A stretch of DNA of 64,000 nt from Candidatus Latescibacterota bacterium. Lineage in GTDB: Bacteria; Latescibacterota; UBA2968; UBA8231. The stretch spans positions 960,001-1,024,000 of the forward strand of contig CBDAOB010000003.1 in the NCBI GenBank assembly GCA_965197905.1. The letters are read 5' to 3'. The stretch's first letter is position 1; each line of letters starts with the position of its first letter. The notes beneath the pieces are model-generated. The model ran no database searches. It worked only from the letters and a program-made list of their open reading frames with translations, and had not been told where the DNA came from. Below, one piece after another: positions 52,260 to 61,919 of the stretch. The translations under genes and the position numbers were made by a program.

Positions 52260-52487
52260 GTCTACTACAAATGGCATCCCTTCGCCGAGAGCACCGGCGC
52301 CGCCCGGGGCTCCGTCGCTCCGAGTATTCGCTGGTGGCCGAACGTGTGGTCCTCTCTCGACGACGATCGTTTCGTATACGAGAGTTCGATCACTGGGCAG
52401 CAGGAGGTCCACGAGGCGTCCAACATCGGATTCGGCAACACACCCTTCATCGTGAACGTCAGTGTGAGCTACGTATTCGGCTTGTAG
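52260..52487 (+). pseudogene. C-terminal fragment of a probable outer-membrane protein
   Basis: Manual translation VYYKWHPF...APSIRWWPNVWSSL...NIGFGNTPFIVNVSVSYVFGL*. Confidence 0.5.
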
Positions 52488-52534
52488 CCGCAGTTGCGAA
52501 GACTGAAAATGGTGCCGAGGACCCTGAAAGGAGT

Positions 52535-52939
52535 GTGACAGCAACGCGGTATCCAATCTACACTTTTGCCGGGCTCGGATTTGTGCTCACCACCCTGCTC
52601 CTCGTCGGACTGATTCTCGATTTTCGCGACTTTGATAGGACGGAGGGCGGGTATGAACCGCCGTATACGGACTTCACGGGACCACCCGTCCACGCTGGGC
52701 GCGTGTGGCAGCGTTTGCACCTGTTGGCTACGAGCCACGATATCGCCATGCAACCGCTCACCAGCCGGTGGAATGGTAGACCGGGAGCGGGAGCTGAGGA
52801 AGAGGCCCGCCCTACGCAGGTACTCGCAGCTCTCACCGGTGATCCGAGGTGGAAGCCTACCTTTGCTTTTCGTGCGGGCTATTCGGAAAGGGAGGCCTTG
52901 GCCAGCCCTCGGAGAGAGGTGGAACAGGTAATCGCCTGA
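52535..52939 (+). pseudogene. Chimera: membrane-protein N-terminus fused to an Acg/nitroreductase-like C-terminus
   Basis: TM + FDRTEGGYEPPYTDFTG joined to AGRVWQRLHLLAT...MQPL...FRAGY...SPRR. Confidence 0.55.
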
Positions 52940-53198
52940 GAAGCCTATAGAGCCTTGGCGCAAGTGCGGGCTGGGCGGACGAGAGCTACATTAACACCAG
53001 CCCAAGCGGAAGGGATCCTGAAGATAGCATCGGAATCCCCTTTTCTTCTTCACAGTTGTTCCTACGCCTGGCATCGTGCGATTGGCATTGGAGGTAGGAT
53101 TTTTCACATTCTCGACCTGGGCAATTCAAGATGTTGGCTCGAAACCTCTGGCTATCGGTTTTGGAGGTGCCGCTGTTTTTCACTATGCGGTGTCATAC

Positions 53199-53271
53199 AA
53201 GCGCGTGCTGTGGCTTCTCAATCATGCGAAGGATCTGTAGCTTTAGAGCATCCAACTTCCCAACCTTCCGA
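53199..53271 (-). repeat. Dispersed repeat A, copy 2
   Basis: Reverse complement matches 18587-18660. Confidence 0.85.
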
Positions 53272-53437
53272 ACAAGCAACTTCGGGGAGGTGAGGACGTC
53301 ATCGGGCCATTTGGGGCGACGATTCTCCGAAAATGGGCGCAAATCCTTGCTGAGGAAACTGGACGACGGCTTCGTGACTCTTCGAGGCGCGGGCGCTTTG
53401 TACGTCTCCGTTGACCTGACTGTCATGGTAGACTGCG

Positions 53438-55072
53438 CTAGTCGGCTGAAGAGGTCCGAGCCTTGTACTCACTCTCCGTCAGCGTCATCGGCACTACAAG
53501 CGTGAAGGTCGTGCCCTTGCCGACTTCGCTGTCGACGAGAATATCGCCCTCGTGAGTTTCGAGGATCTGGTAGCATATCGACAAACCCAATCCCGTACCG
53601 ACCCCGACGCCCTTGGTGGTGTATCCCGGGTCGAAGATCTTCTGCAGGGATTCTTCGGGTATCCCCATCCCCGTATCGCTGATCTGGACGTGGACGTTGT
53701 CGCCTTCACAGAACGTCGTGATGGTGATCGTGCCTTTGTTTTCGATAGCCTGCACCGCGTTGATGAGCAGGTTCACGTAAACCTGATTGAGCTGGCGGGG
53801 GTTGCACGAGATCGGCGGTAGGTCGCCGTAACGGCGCTCCACCACGGCCTTGTTCTTCAACTCGTGGTGGACGAGCAGGAGAGTGTCCTCGATGCCTTCG
53901 TGTAGGTCGACAGTCTCGAACTCGGCTTCGTCGAGGCGGGCGAAGCTGCGCAGGCGCTGGACGATGTCGGTAACGCGCGCCGTGCCTGACGCGATCACGC
54001 GATTGGCATCCTCGATGACCTTGAACATCCTCGCTGTTTTCCGGTGTTGCTCTGATTCGCCGGACTCCGAAGCGTCGACCATCGATTTGAGTCTCTCTAT
54101 CGCCCTCACCAGCGTGTCGTAGGAGCTACTGATGGCGCCCACCGGGGTATTGATCTCGTGGGCGACGCCGGCGACGAGCATGCCGAGGGATGCCATCTTC
54201 GCGGATTGCACCAGCTGCCCCTGGGTCTGCTTGAGCTCACGCTCGGTTTGCACGCGTTCTTGGATCTCCTGGGTGAGTTGCTCGTTCGCATCCGTGAGCT
54301 CGGAGGTGCGCTGTCGCACGAGCTCCTCGAGATGCCGTTCATTCTCGCGCAGAGCGGCCTCGGCACGGTCTCGCTCGCTCTCCCGGTCGTTCAGCTGCTG
54401 CAGCATGTTGTTGAAACCGTCGTAGAGAGCACCGATCTCGTCGTCGCCGGTTTTCTGCACCCTGACGGAATAGGTGTTTTCGGCGGCGATGCGCCGCACG
54501 ACGCCGGCGAGGTCCAGGATGGGACCCGAAATGACGCGCTCGAAGCGAACCGCTAGCAGGACCGCTACGACGATCAAAGCGACCATCACCACCAGCATGT
54601 ACAGCACGCGACGCACGATCTTCTCGTGCAGTGAATCCGTGGAGGCCTGCAGATAGATGACGCCGTAGTGGTCGCCTTCGTAGACGATGGGTTCGTGTAT
54701 GAGCAGGCGATCCCGCTGGAATTCGCTGACGGCCTCCCGCGCCCCGTGCGCTACGGGGACCGCTTCAGGGTCGAGCGCCGCAAAAAGGTTGCCCTCCGCG
54801 TCGTAGACCGCGGCGTTGGTGATCGAGGGGATCGCGTTGAGCTTCGTCAGCATGCCGGCAGCGCCCTCTCTGTCGTCGAAGGCCAGCGGGGTCACGCAGT
54901 AGTCGCCGATGCCGCGCGCGGTGGTGGTCGTGCGGTCGACCATGTCACGCTTGAATGACGTGATGTCGGCGATGATGACGAGGGCGAAGCCACAACCCAG
55001 CGCTATGATCGTCACGGCCAGCATCATGGCGATCAGCTTACCCCTGATCGAGAGGTCCTGGAAGGTTTTCAC
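53438..55072 (-). CDS. Membrane sensor histidine kinase (CHASE8-like periplasmic domain + HAMP)
   Basis: Two TM, LAFDDREGA, DEIGAL.DGFN, VAHEINTP, GTGLGL. Confidence 0.92.
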   Translation of the reverse strand: MKTFQDLSIRGKLIAMMLAVTIIALGCGFALVIIADITSFKRDMVDRTTTTARGIGDYCVTPLAFDDREGAAGMLTKLNAIPSITNAAVYDAEGNLFAALDPEAVPVAHGAREAVSEFQRDRLLIHEPIVYEGDHYGVIYLQASTDSLHEKIVRRVLYMLVVMVALIVVAVLLAVRFERVISGPILDLAGVVRRIAAENTYSVRVQKTGDDEIGALYDGFNNMLQQLNDRESERDRAEAALRENERHLEELVRQRTSELTDANEQLTQEIQERVQTERELKQTQGQLVQSAKMASLGMLVAGVAHEINTPVGAISSSYDTLVRAIERLKSMVDASESGESEQHRKTARMFKVIEDANRVIASGTARVTDIVQRLRSFARLDEAEFETVDLHEGIEDTLLLVHHELKNKAVVERRYGDLPPISCNPRQLNQVYVNLLINAVQAIENKGTITITTFCEGDNVHVQISDTGMGIPEESLQKIFDPGYTTKGVGVGTGLGLSICYQILETHEGDILVDSEVGKGTTFTLVVPMTLTESEYKARTSSAD

Positions 55073-55076
55073 GATA

Positions 55077-55619
55077 CTATCTCACCGGATGGACGATGCG
55101 GGCGAGGTTGAGCAGGAGGTAGGAGAAGGTCAATCCGGAAGCGTGCACGGCGCGTTCGTTAATCTCGAATTTCACTTTCCCTTTCTGGCGATGGAAGTTG
55201 ATGAGGACGCCGCGCTCGGCAAATCCTCTCGTATCGGCCACGGTGAGTATCGGCCTGTCGCGCGTGCGCACGACGATGTCGGCAAGCCGGTCGCCCGCCG
55301 AGTCGGTGATGAACAGGAGATTGCAGGCGGCGATTTCGTCCAGCTCTGCGAGGTAGCGTATATCGACGGGTGAGCTCTTTATCCTGCGCTCGGCATAGAT
55401 CTGTTCGAGCAGCGTGCCGAAAGGGCTGTCACCGATGACGCCGATCACAAACGGACGGGTCGTGTCGGCGACAGTCGAGGTTTCCGGCCACTGGACAAAG
55501 CGCGTGAACTTGTCCAGAAACACGGCCTTCATCTGGTATTCCCGGTACTCGCCCGTGGTGGAGGGAGGGACCACTAGCATGACGCAGAAAAGGATCGAAC
55601 AAGCCCTGTGAACGGTCAC
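55077..55619 (-). CDS. YfiR family (DUF4154) periplasmic protein
   Basis: EYQMKAVFL.KF..FVQWP, PILTVAD, VKFEIN, LL.LA. Confidence 0.9.
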   Translation of the reverse strand: MTVHRACSILFCVMLVVPPSTTGEYREYQMKAVFLDKFTRFVQWPETSTVADTTRPFVIGVIGDSPFGTLLEQIYAERRIKSSPVDIRYLAELDEIAACNLLFITDSAGDRLADIVVRTRDRPILTVADTRGFAERGVLINFHRQKGKVKFEINERAVHASGLTFSYLLLNLARIVHPVR

Positions 55620-55736
55620 GTGTTATCCTACGACGGATTATTGGGAGAGCGCGATAATCTAAGATTCTCTCCAAAATATACCACCGCGGTCAGGGGTGCA
55701 CCGGCACCATGCGATAGAAAACCTGGATAATCGGGC

Positions 55737-55846
55737 GCCGCTTCCATACTGTCGATCGGCACGAGCAAGTTATACCAAATGGTAAACGCGGGGGAGATAC
55801 CGGCGTTCAAGTTGGGCGTGAATACTCTGTTCGAACAGAGAAGTGC
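55737..55846 (+). pseudogene. Excisionase-like (HTH_17) remnant
   Basis: Manual translation AASILSIGTSKLYQMVNAGEIPAFKLGVNTLF; no start codon; cut by an IS end. Confidence 0.7.
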
Positions 55847-55920
55847 TCCTCCATTCCCCATATGAAACTTGAAAAACGCTTTTCAAAAGTGCCATAAGAT
55901 CGGACCAACGTACCGGCCGT
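55847..55920 (+). mobile_element. Second IS1380 relic: 54-bp left end plus 22-bp internal piece
   Basis: 55847-55900 matches revcomp of 48784-48837 (2 mismatches); 55899-55920 matches revcomp of 48565-48586. Confidence 0.85.
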
Positions 55921-56228
55921 TCGGACCTCAATCCTTAACTTGCCCATCATGCCGGGTTCAGCTTCTTCTTCCATCGGCTCGTAGTCGTCGGGCAGAAGCC
56001 AGAGATTACTCATGTTTTTTCTCCGTGTTTGCGGTATGTAGGATTTCCTTTGTAAATGGAGATACAGCCAACTTTCGCCGACCCTCCCCCTTTGCGCTAT
56101 CTTCTGGGAGATTTTGGCAGATTCGATTGAGTTTGTGGGGTGTTTTGTGGGCAAGCCCTCCAAAGGCAAATTTCCAACTAACTGTTTTCACAAGAGTTAA
56201 GTTGCGACACCCCTAACAGAGATGACCA

Positions 56229-59200
56229 ATGAGAATCATAGGTGATACGGTTCATCTCGCGGCCACGGACCTGGCCAACCATCTATCCTGCCGCTACCTC
56301 ACGCACCTTGAAAAAGCCGCCGCTAGAGGAGAGGCCCGTCGCCCGACGTGGACAGATCCGGCAGCGGAGGTTCTGCAGCAAAAAGGGTTCGAGCACGAAC
56401 GCAATTACCTCGAACATCTGAACGCCGGCGGTCTCGAGATTGTCGGAGCCGGCGATGGTGACGGATCGGCTTCCCAGAGAGTTCTCGAGCTCATGCGCGA
56501 AGGTGTCGACGGCATCGCGCAGGCGGTTCTCGAGGCCGGGCGCTGGATCGGGCGCGCGGATATGCTGCTCAGGGTCGATCGACCGAGCAACCTGGGGAGC
56601 TGGTCGTACGAAGTAGTGGACACGAAGCTGGCGGCCGAAACCCGCGCCGCCACGATCCTGCAACTCTGTCTCTATTCCGACCTCGTGAGCCGGCTGCAAG
56701 GCTGCTATCCCGAGCTAATGCACGTGGTCGCGCCTGGTGGTGACTTCCAACCAGAAACGTTCCGTACCTCTCATTACCTCGCTTATTATCGTCAGGTGCA
56801 AAAAAGGCTGGCGGAAGCTGTGGATGTCGATGGGAGCGAGAAGCCCTATCCGGAGCCGGTGCCCCACTGTGAACTCTGTTCCTGGTGGCGTCACTGCGAT
56901 CAGCGCCGGCACGACGACGACCACTTGAGCCTCGTAGCCGGGATATCGCGGAGCCAGCGGGACGAACTGGAGGAGTGGGGCATTAGATCGCTAGAAGCCC
57001 TGGGCGAAACGCCCCTCGAGGCCGATCGGCGTCCCAACCGCGGGGCGCGGGAAGCGCTTGAGCGGGCGCAGGATCAAGCCCGCATGCAACTGGAAGGGCG
57101 CCGTCGTCGAAAACCATACCGCGAGACTATTCTGCCAATAGAGGACGAGGCCGGACTCGCTCGTCTTCCGGAGCCGCATCCTGGTGATGTGTTCTTCGAT
57201 ATCGAAGGGGATCGGTTTGTAGGAGCGGGAGGATTGGAATATCTGTTGGGTTGGGCGATGAAGACGGACGGCGAGAAGGCGTATCGCGCGGTCTGGTCGT
57301 ACCACGGCGATGAAGAGCGAGTAGCGTTCGAGCTGTTTGTGGATCAGGTGATGAAGCAATGGCGAGACTATCCCGGCATGCATATCTACCACTTCGCTCC
57401 GTACGAACCGGCGGCATTAAAACGTATGATGGGTCGCCACGCCACCCGTGAGGAGGAGGTGGATCAGATGTTGCGGGGCGGTTTATTTGTCGACCTCTAC
57501 GCAGTAGTCCGTGAAGGAGTACGTGCCAGTGTCGAGAGTTATTCCATCAAGCGGCTAGAGCAGTTCTACGAATTCTCGAGAGCGGTGGGGTTGGAGCAGG
57601 TAGGGCTTCCCAAACGCAAGCTGGAGGCCATGCTGGAGCTGGGGCATGGCACCGCGATTCCCGCAGCGTGGAAGGAGGTGGTCGAGCGCTATAACGAGGA
57701 CGATTGCTGGTCGACACTGGAGCTGCGCAATTGGCTGGAAAAAGTGAGATGCCAGGCCGAGCAAGATGGGACGACAATCCCCAGGCCTCCGGTTCAGGAG
57801 CCGGAGGCTCCGGAGCAAATCCAAGAACGGGAGCGCAAGATTCAAATGGTCAGAGAGAGCCTTCTGAGGGAGGTTCCCCTAGAATCGGAGGAGCGTACGA
57901 GTGAACAGCAGGGCCGCTGGTTACTGGCTTACATGCTGGACTGGCATCGGCGCGAGGAGAAGGTGTCCTGGTGGGAGTATTTTCGTCTTCGGCAAATGCC
58001 GGACGATGAGCTATTGCACGAAAAAGCAGCCATCTCCGGGTTGCAGTTTGTGCAGGCGGTGCCGGGCGCAGGCCGCACCCCAACCCACCGCTACCGCTTT
58101 CCACAACAGCTCACCGAGATTCGCGAGGACAAGAAGCTAAAGGATGGAGCAGGTGAGGACTTTGGTACGGTGGTGGCGGTAGATCCGATGGAATGGACCA
58201 TCGATATTAAAAAGACCAACCGTGCGACGGATCAACATCCGTCAAGCGTATTTGTTTTCGAGTTCATCGGCGGGGGAACGATCGCCCAATCCCTTATGCG
58301 CCTGGGTGAATGGGTGACAGAGCACGGGATCGACCAGCCTGGACCTTGTCGCGCCGGCAGAGACCTGCTGCTCCGACACCGTCCCCGTCGTACGACCGAA
58401 GGGACTTCGACGCTCCGGGCACAAGAGGAACCTTCCTTGGATGCTGCACGGCGGTTGGTACTTGAACTCGGCGAAGGTCTGTTGCCGATCCAGGGTCCGC
58501 CCGGTGCCGGCAAGACCTTCACTGGAGGGCAGATGATTGTCAAGCTGGTAAAGGCTAACAAGCGGGTCGGTGTAACGGCGGTCAGCCACAAGGTAATTCG
58601 CAATCTGTTGGAATCTGCGGTCAAGACTGCAAATTCAGTAGGCGCTGGCGAGATTTCTGGATTGGCCTGCGTGCACAAGGTTGCTTCTCGTTCAGAAGTG
58701 CCGAGCCAGGGTATTCTGGAAACAACCAGCAACGACGAGGCGCTGGCGCTGCTGGAGGCGAAAAGGGTCCAGGTTGTGGGTGGCACGGCCTGGCTCTGGT
58801 CCCGTCCGGAGTATCGCGAGGCGGTGGACGTTCTGTTTGTCGACGAAGCGGGGCAGATGTCGCTGGCCAATACCGTGGCGGTCGCACAGGGCGCGAGAAA
58901 TCTGGTGTTATTGGGAGACCCGCAACAGCTGGAGCAACCTCAACAGGGCAGCCATCCCGAAGGGACCGACGTTTCCGCGCTGCAGCATGTCCTGGGGGAC
59001 GCGCCGACTATGCCCAAGGATCGCGGCCTGTTTTTGGAGCGGACCTGGCGTCTGCATCCACAAATCTGCGCGTTTACCTCAAGCCAGTTCTACGATGACA
59101 AACTGGCTTCTCGGGAGGGTCTCGACAGACAGGTGCTGTGGCGGTCCCGACGGTTCAATGGGGCTGGCCTGTTCGTCTTGCCGGTCGAGCATGATGGCAA

Positions 59201-59639
59201 TCAGAGCGCATCCCGAGAAGAGGTAGACTGCGTCGAGGAAGTCATGCGGGAGCTGTTGTGGGGAGGTGTGACCTGGACGACCGCCGAGGGCGAGGAGAAA
59301 CCGCTCACCAACGATGACATTCTGATCGTAGCGCCGTACAATGTGCAGGTCGCGGATCTACAAGCCCGATTACCGCAAGCCCGAGTGGGCACCGTGGACA
59401 AATTCCAAGGCCAGGAGGCGGCAGTTGTGATCTACTCGATGACCACCTCCTCGGCAGAAGAAGCCCCGCGTGGTATGGAGTTTCTCTACAGTCTCAATCG
59501 CTTGAATGTCGCTACCTCGAGAGCCCGGTGCGTCTGTATCCTGGTAGCGAGTCCACGGTTGTTCGAGCCGGACTGCAAGAGTCCGAGGCAGATGCGGTTG
59601 GCGAACGCGTTCTGTGAATATCTGGAGCGGCAGAATTGA
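56229..59639 (+). CDS. TM0106-family RecB/Cas4-like nuclease fused to RNase H-like domain and SF1B (Dna2/Upf1-like) helicase
   Basis: GRAD...EVVDTK...QL.LY nuclease, C...C..C.W..HC cysteines, FFDIEG, GPPGAGKT, VDEAGQ, GDPQQL, TVDKFQGQE, RLNVATSRA. Confidence 0.92.
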   Translation: MRIIGDTVHLAATDLANHLSCRYLTHLEKAAARGEARRPTWTDPAAEVLQQKGFEHERNYLEHLNAGGLEIVGAGDGDGSASQRVLELMREGVDGIAQAVLEAGRWIGRADMLLRVDRPSNLGSWSYEVVDTKLAAETRAATILQLCLYSDLVSRLQGCYPELMHVVAPGGDFQPETFRTSHYLAYYRQVQKRLAEAVDVDGSEKPYPEPVPHCELCSWWRHCDQRRHDDDHLSLVAGISRSQRDELEEWGIRSLEALGETPLEADRRPNRGAREALERAQDQARMQLEGRRRRKPYRETILPIEDEAGLARLPEPHPGDVFFDIEGDRFVGAGGLEYLLGWAMKTDGEKAYRAVWSYHGDEERVAFELFVDQVMKQWRDYPGMHIYHFAPYEPAALKRMMGRHATREEEVDQMLRGGLFVDLYAVVREGVRASVESYSIKRLEQFYEFSRAVGLEQVGLPKRKLEAMLELGHGTAIPAAWKEVVERYNEDDCWSTLELRNWLEKVRCQAEQDGTTIPRPPVQEPEAPEQIQERERKIQMVRESLLREVPLESEERTSEQQGRWLLAYMLDWHRREEKVSWWEYFRLRQMPDDELLHEKAAISGLQFVQAVPGAGRTPTHRYRFPQQLTEIREDKKLKDGAGEDFGTVVAVDPMEWTIDIKKTNRATDQHPSSVFVFEFIGGGTIAQSLMRLGEWVTEHGIDQPGPCRAGRDLLLRHRPRRTTEGTSTLRAQEEPSLDAARRLVLELGEGLLPIQGPPGAGKTFTGGQMIVKLVKANKRVGVTAVSHKVIRNLLESAVKTANSVGAGEISGLACVHKVASRSEVPSQGILETTSNDEALALLEAKRVQVVGGTAWLWSRPEYREAVDVLFVDEAGQMSLANTVAVAQGARNLVLLGDPQQLEQPQQGSHPEGTDVSALQHVLGDAPTMPKDRGLFLERTWRLHPQICAFTSSQFYDDKLASREGLDRQVLWRSRRFNGAGLFVLPVEHDGNQSASREEVDCVEEVMRELLWGGVTWTTAEGEEKPLTNDDILIVAPYNVQVADLQARLPQARVGTVDKFQGQEAAVVIYSMTTSSAEEAPRGMEFLYSLNRLNVATSRARCVCILVASPRLFEPDCKSPRQMRLANAFCEYLERQN

Positions 59640-59640
59640 A

Positions 59641-60714
59641 TCAATCCGGTCGCGAATAGAACACCAGCTTGTCAGGATCCAACTCGATCCCGTGGCCGGG
59701 CCGGTCGGGAGCGATCGCGTGCCCGTCCTCGAATCGCACCGGCTCCTGCGCGAGGTCGTTCCATCTCAAATCGGAAAATTCCATGTAGAGGCATTCCGGG
59801 AGACTGGCGGCAAGATGGACGCCAATCTCGAGAATGGTGTTCCCCAACGAAACCGGCACACCATGATCCCCTGCAAGCCGAGCCGCGGCGCGAGACATGG
59901 TCACCGATCCGTGAATATTGAGCACGTCGACGGCGTTGCGTTCCAACAATTTGCGTTTTCCCGAATAGCCAACGTATTCGCCCGTATTGACCCGCGCAAA
60001 GAACAGTTCGTTGCAAAGAGATGAGTAACCCGCGTAATCTTCGCGAGTGATCGGGTCTTCGACCCAGAAGATCTCGAATCCGGCATCCCGATACCGGTGC
60101 AATCGCACCAGGGTTTCTTTGACGGACCACGCTTCGTTGGCATCGATCATCAAGTCGCCCTCACTCCCGAGGACCTCCCTGGCGATTCCCAGCCGACGCA
60201 GATCCCAGCTGATGTCCGGATGCGCGACTTTCGTTTTCACGGAAGAGAATCCCATATCGCGAAAGCGTTGGAGCTTTTCGCGGTACTGATCGTCGTCCAG
60301 CCGGAAATCCAAGGTGCTGGCGTAGGCGCGCACGCGAGGGTCCCCGCCACCGAGGACTCTGTAGAGCGGCTGACCCTGCTGTTTTCCGATCAGGTCCCAG
60401 AGGGCGGTCTCCACCTGCAGCGAGAGATCTCCCGAGCCGACGTTTCCGCCGCGAGGACGCGTAATCCGATTGACCAGTGCCAAGGGCGACTGACCCTTCA
60501 GGCTGGTCCAGGCAGAGCCCTCGAATTTGGCGTTCATCTCCTCCAGGAGAGGAGTGGGGACCGTACTGGTCTCAAATCCGATCCCCGTGTGTCCCTCGTC
60601 CGTGTGCAGCTCCAGCACCGTCGTCCAAAAACGGTCCACCCGCACCTGCGAATCGCCAATGGGTTCCCGCAGGGGAATTAGTGTTCGATGAAAAGTGTAG
60701 TCGGTAATCTGCAT
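59641..60714 (-). CDS. Mandelate racemase/muconate lactonizing enzyme family protein
   Basis: ALWDL.GK, KTK, MIDAN, WVEDP, TGE. Confidence 0.9.
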   Translation of the reverse strand: MQITDYTFHRTLIPLREPIGDSQVRVDRFWTTVLELHTDEGHTGIGFETSTVPTPLLEEMNAKFEGSAWTSLKGQSPLALVNRITRPRGGNVGSGDLSLQVETALWDLIGKQQGQPLYRVLGGGDPRVRAYASTLDFRLDDDQYREKLQRFRDMGFSSVKTKVAHPDISWDLRRLGIAREVLGSEGDLMIDANEAWSVKETLVRLHRYRDAGFEIFWVEDPITREDYAGYSSLCNELFFARVNTGEYVGYSGKRKLLERNAVDVLNIHGSVTMSRAAARLAGDHGVPVSLGNTILEIGVHLAASLPECLYMEFSDLRWNDLAQEPVRFEDGHAIAPDRPGHGIELDPDKLVFYSRPD

Positions 60715-60785
60715 GGGAGAATCTTCTCCACGTTTTGTGTAGAAACTGCGTTGGCCGCGCCGGAACCCAGCGGCCGATCACGGGC

Positions 60786-61868
60786 TTACGGTCTCAAGCG
60801 ATAAAAGGAGGCATCGGGGGCGCACGAGAAGCAGCCGAGGACCCACGGATACTCGTCAGTCACGTAATAGCCGTACTGGCCGTCGACGACCATGCCGTTG
60901 CATTCGTCAAGATCGCCGACGCCGGCCGAATATTCGTAGTCTCCGCGAAACTGGCCGTCGTAGTTCGAGCTGGCGACTGCGCCCTGGCCGGCCGTAGGGG
61001 TACCGTATCCGTCGACATTCTGCCTAGGGCCAGCCCCGTCCTTGAGCACGTAGCTGGATAGCGCCTTGCGCACCGTTCCATCGTCCTCAAAGCACGAACC
61101 GTAGATAGGAAACCCATCGGCCGCGAACCCGATGACCGGTGAAACCCTTCCAACAGTCTCGCAGTCACTTTCAAACATAGCCATAGGATTTCCGTGATAA
61201 TGGTAGGTGCCGTCGGGTTGCGTGTGGGCGTTGTTGCGATCGGTGCCGAAATCGTTCAACGGAGACATCGGATCGTAACGCCAAGGGTTGTCGATCTGGT
61301 CCTGGCCGCAGCCGATCTTTTCCCGGCCCAGCGGTTCGGGTCCAACGTCGTAACATGCGGCAGCTAGCAGGTCCAGCTTGACGCCATTGAGAAAGATCGC
61401 GTCATCACCGAGTATCAATGGGGTCGTGTTGGTGGAAACCGACGGCATTGCCGCGACCTCGTATCGGTCCGACTGCTCAGCCACCGGGTGCGCGAAGCGA
61501 CCGCCATCATTGAAGTCGTGGTTGGGTATGGCATTGGTTGCGAAAACACATTTACCTTCCGGCGACCGGGTGATGGACAAGGACCCTGAAAAGTCCAGGC
61601 CGCGCTGGACGTCGGTCACATTCGATACATAGATGTCGGTGTAGTCTCCACAGTACCCGTCGAAATTGTTGAAAATAGCATTGGTGATGTCGATACTGGT
61701 GGAACCTGATTCCTGTTCGTTTTCTGAATCTGTGCCCTCGTTTGTCGCTGGCTGCGATTCCCCAGTGTCGGCTGAGACCGGATCTTCATTCCCCGTACCG
61801 GAGGAGCTGTCTCCACAAGCGGACCAAAACAACGAAAAGAGCAGAATGATCGGTAGCGTCGGAGTCAT
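60786..61868 (-). CDS. YHYH-domain lipoprotein
   Basis: Lipobox WSAC, IPNH, AHTQPDGTYHYHG, GFAADGFPIYG, DLDECNG, YGYYVT..YP. Confidence 0.88.
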   Translation of the reverse strand: MTPTLPIILLFSLFWSACGDSSSGTGNEDPVSADTGESQPATNEGTDSENEQESGSTSIDITNAIFNNFDGYCGDYTDIYVSNVTDVQRGLDFSGSLSITRSPEGKCVFATNAIPNHDFNDGGRFAHPVAEQSDRYEVAAMPSVSTNTTPLILGDDAIFLNGVKLDLLAAACYDVGPEPLGREKIGCGQDQIDNPWRYDPMSPLNDFGTDRNNAHTQPDGTYHYHGNPMAMFESDCETVGRVSPVIGFAADGFPIYGSCFEDDGTVRKALSSYVLKDGAGPRQNVDGYGTPTAGQGAVASSNYDGQFRGDYEYSAGVGDLDECNGMVVDGQYGYYVTDEYPWVLGCFSCAPDASFYRLRP

Positions 61869-61919
61869 CTTTCTCCCATCCGTAGCCCAAGTCATCAAAC
61901 CTTCGGAACGCAAATAAAC

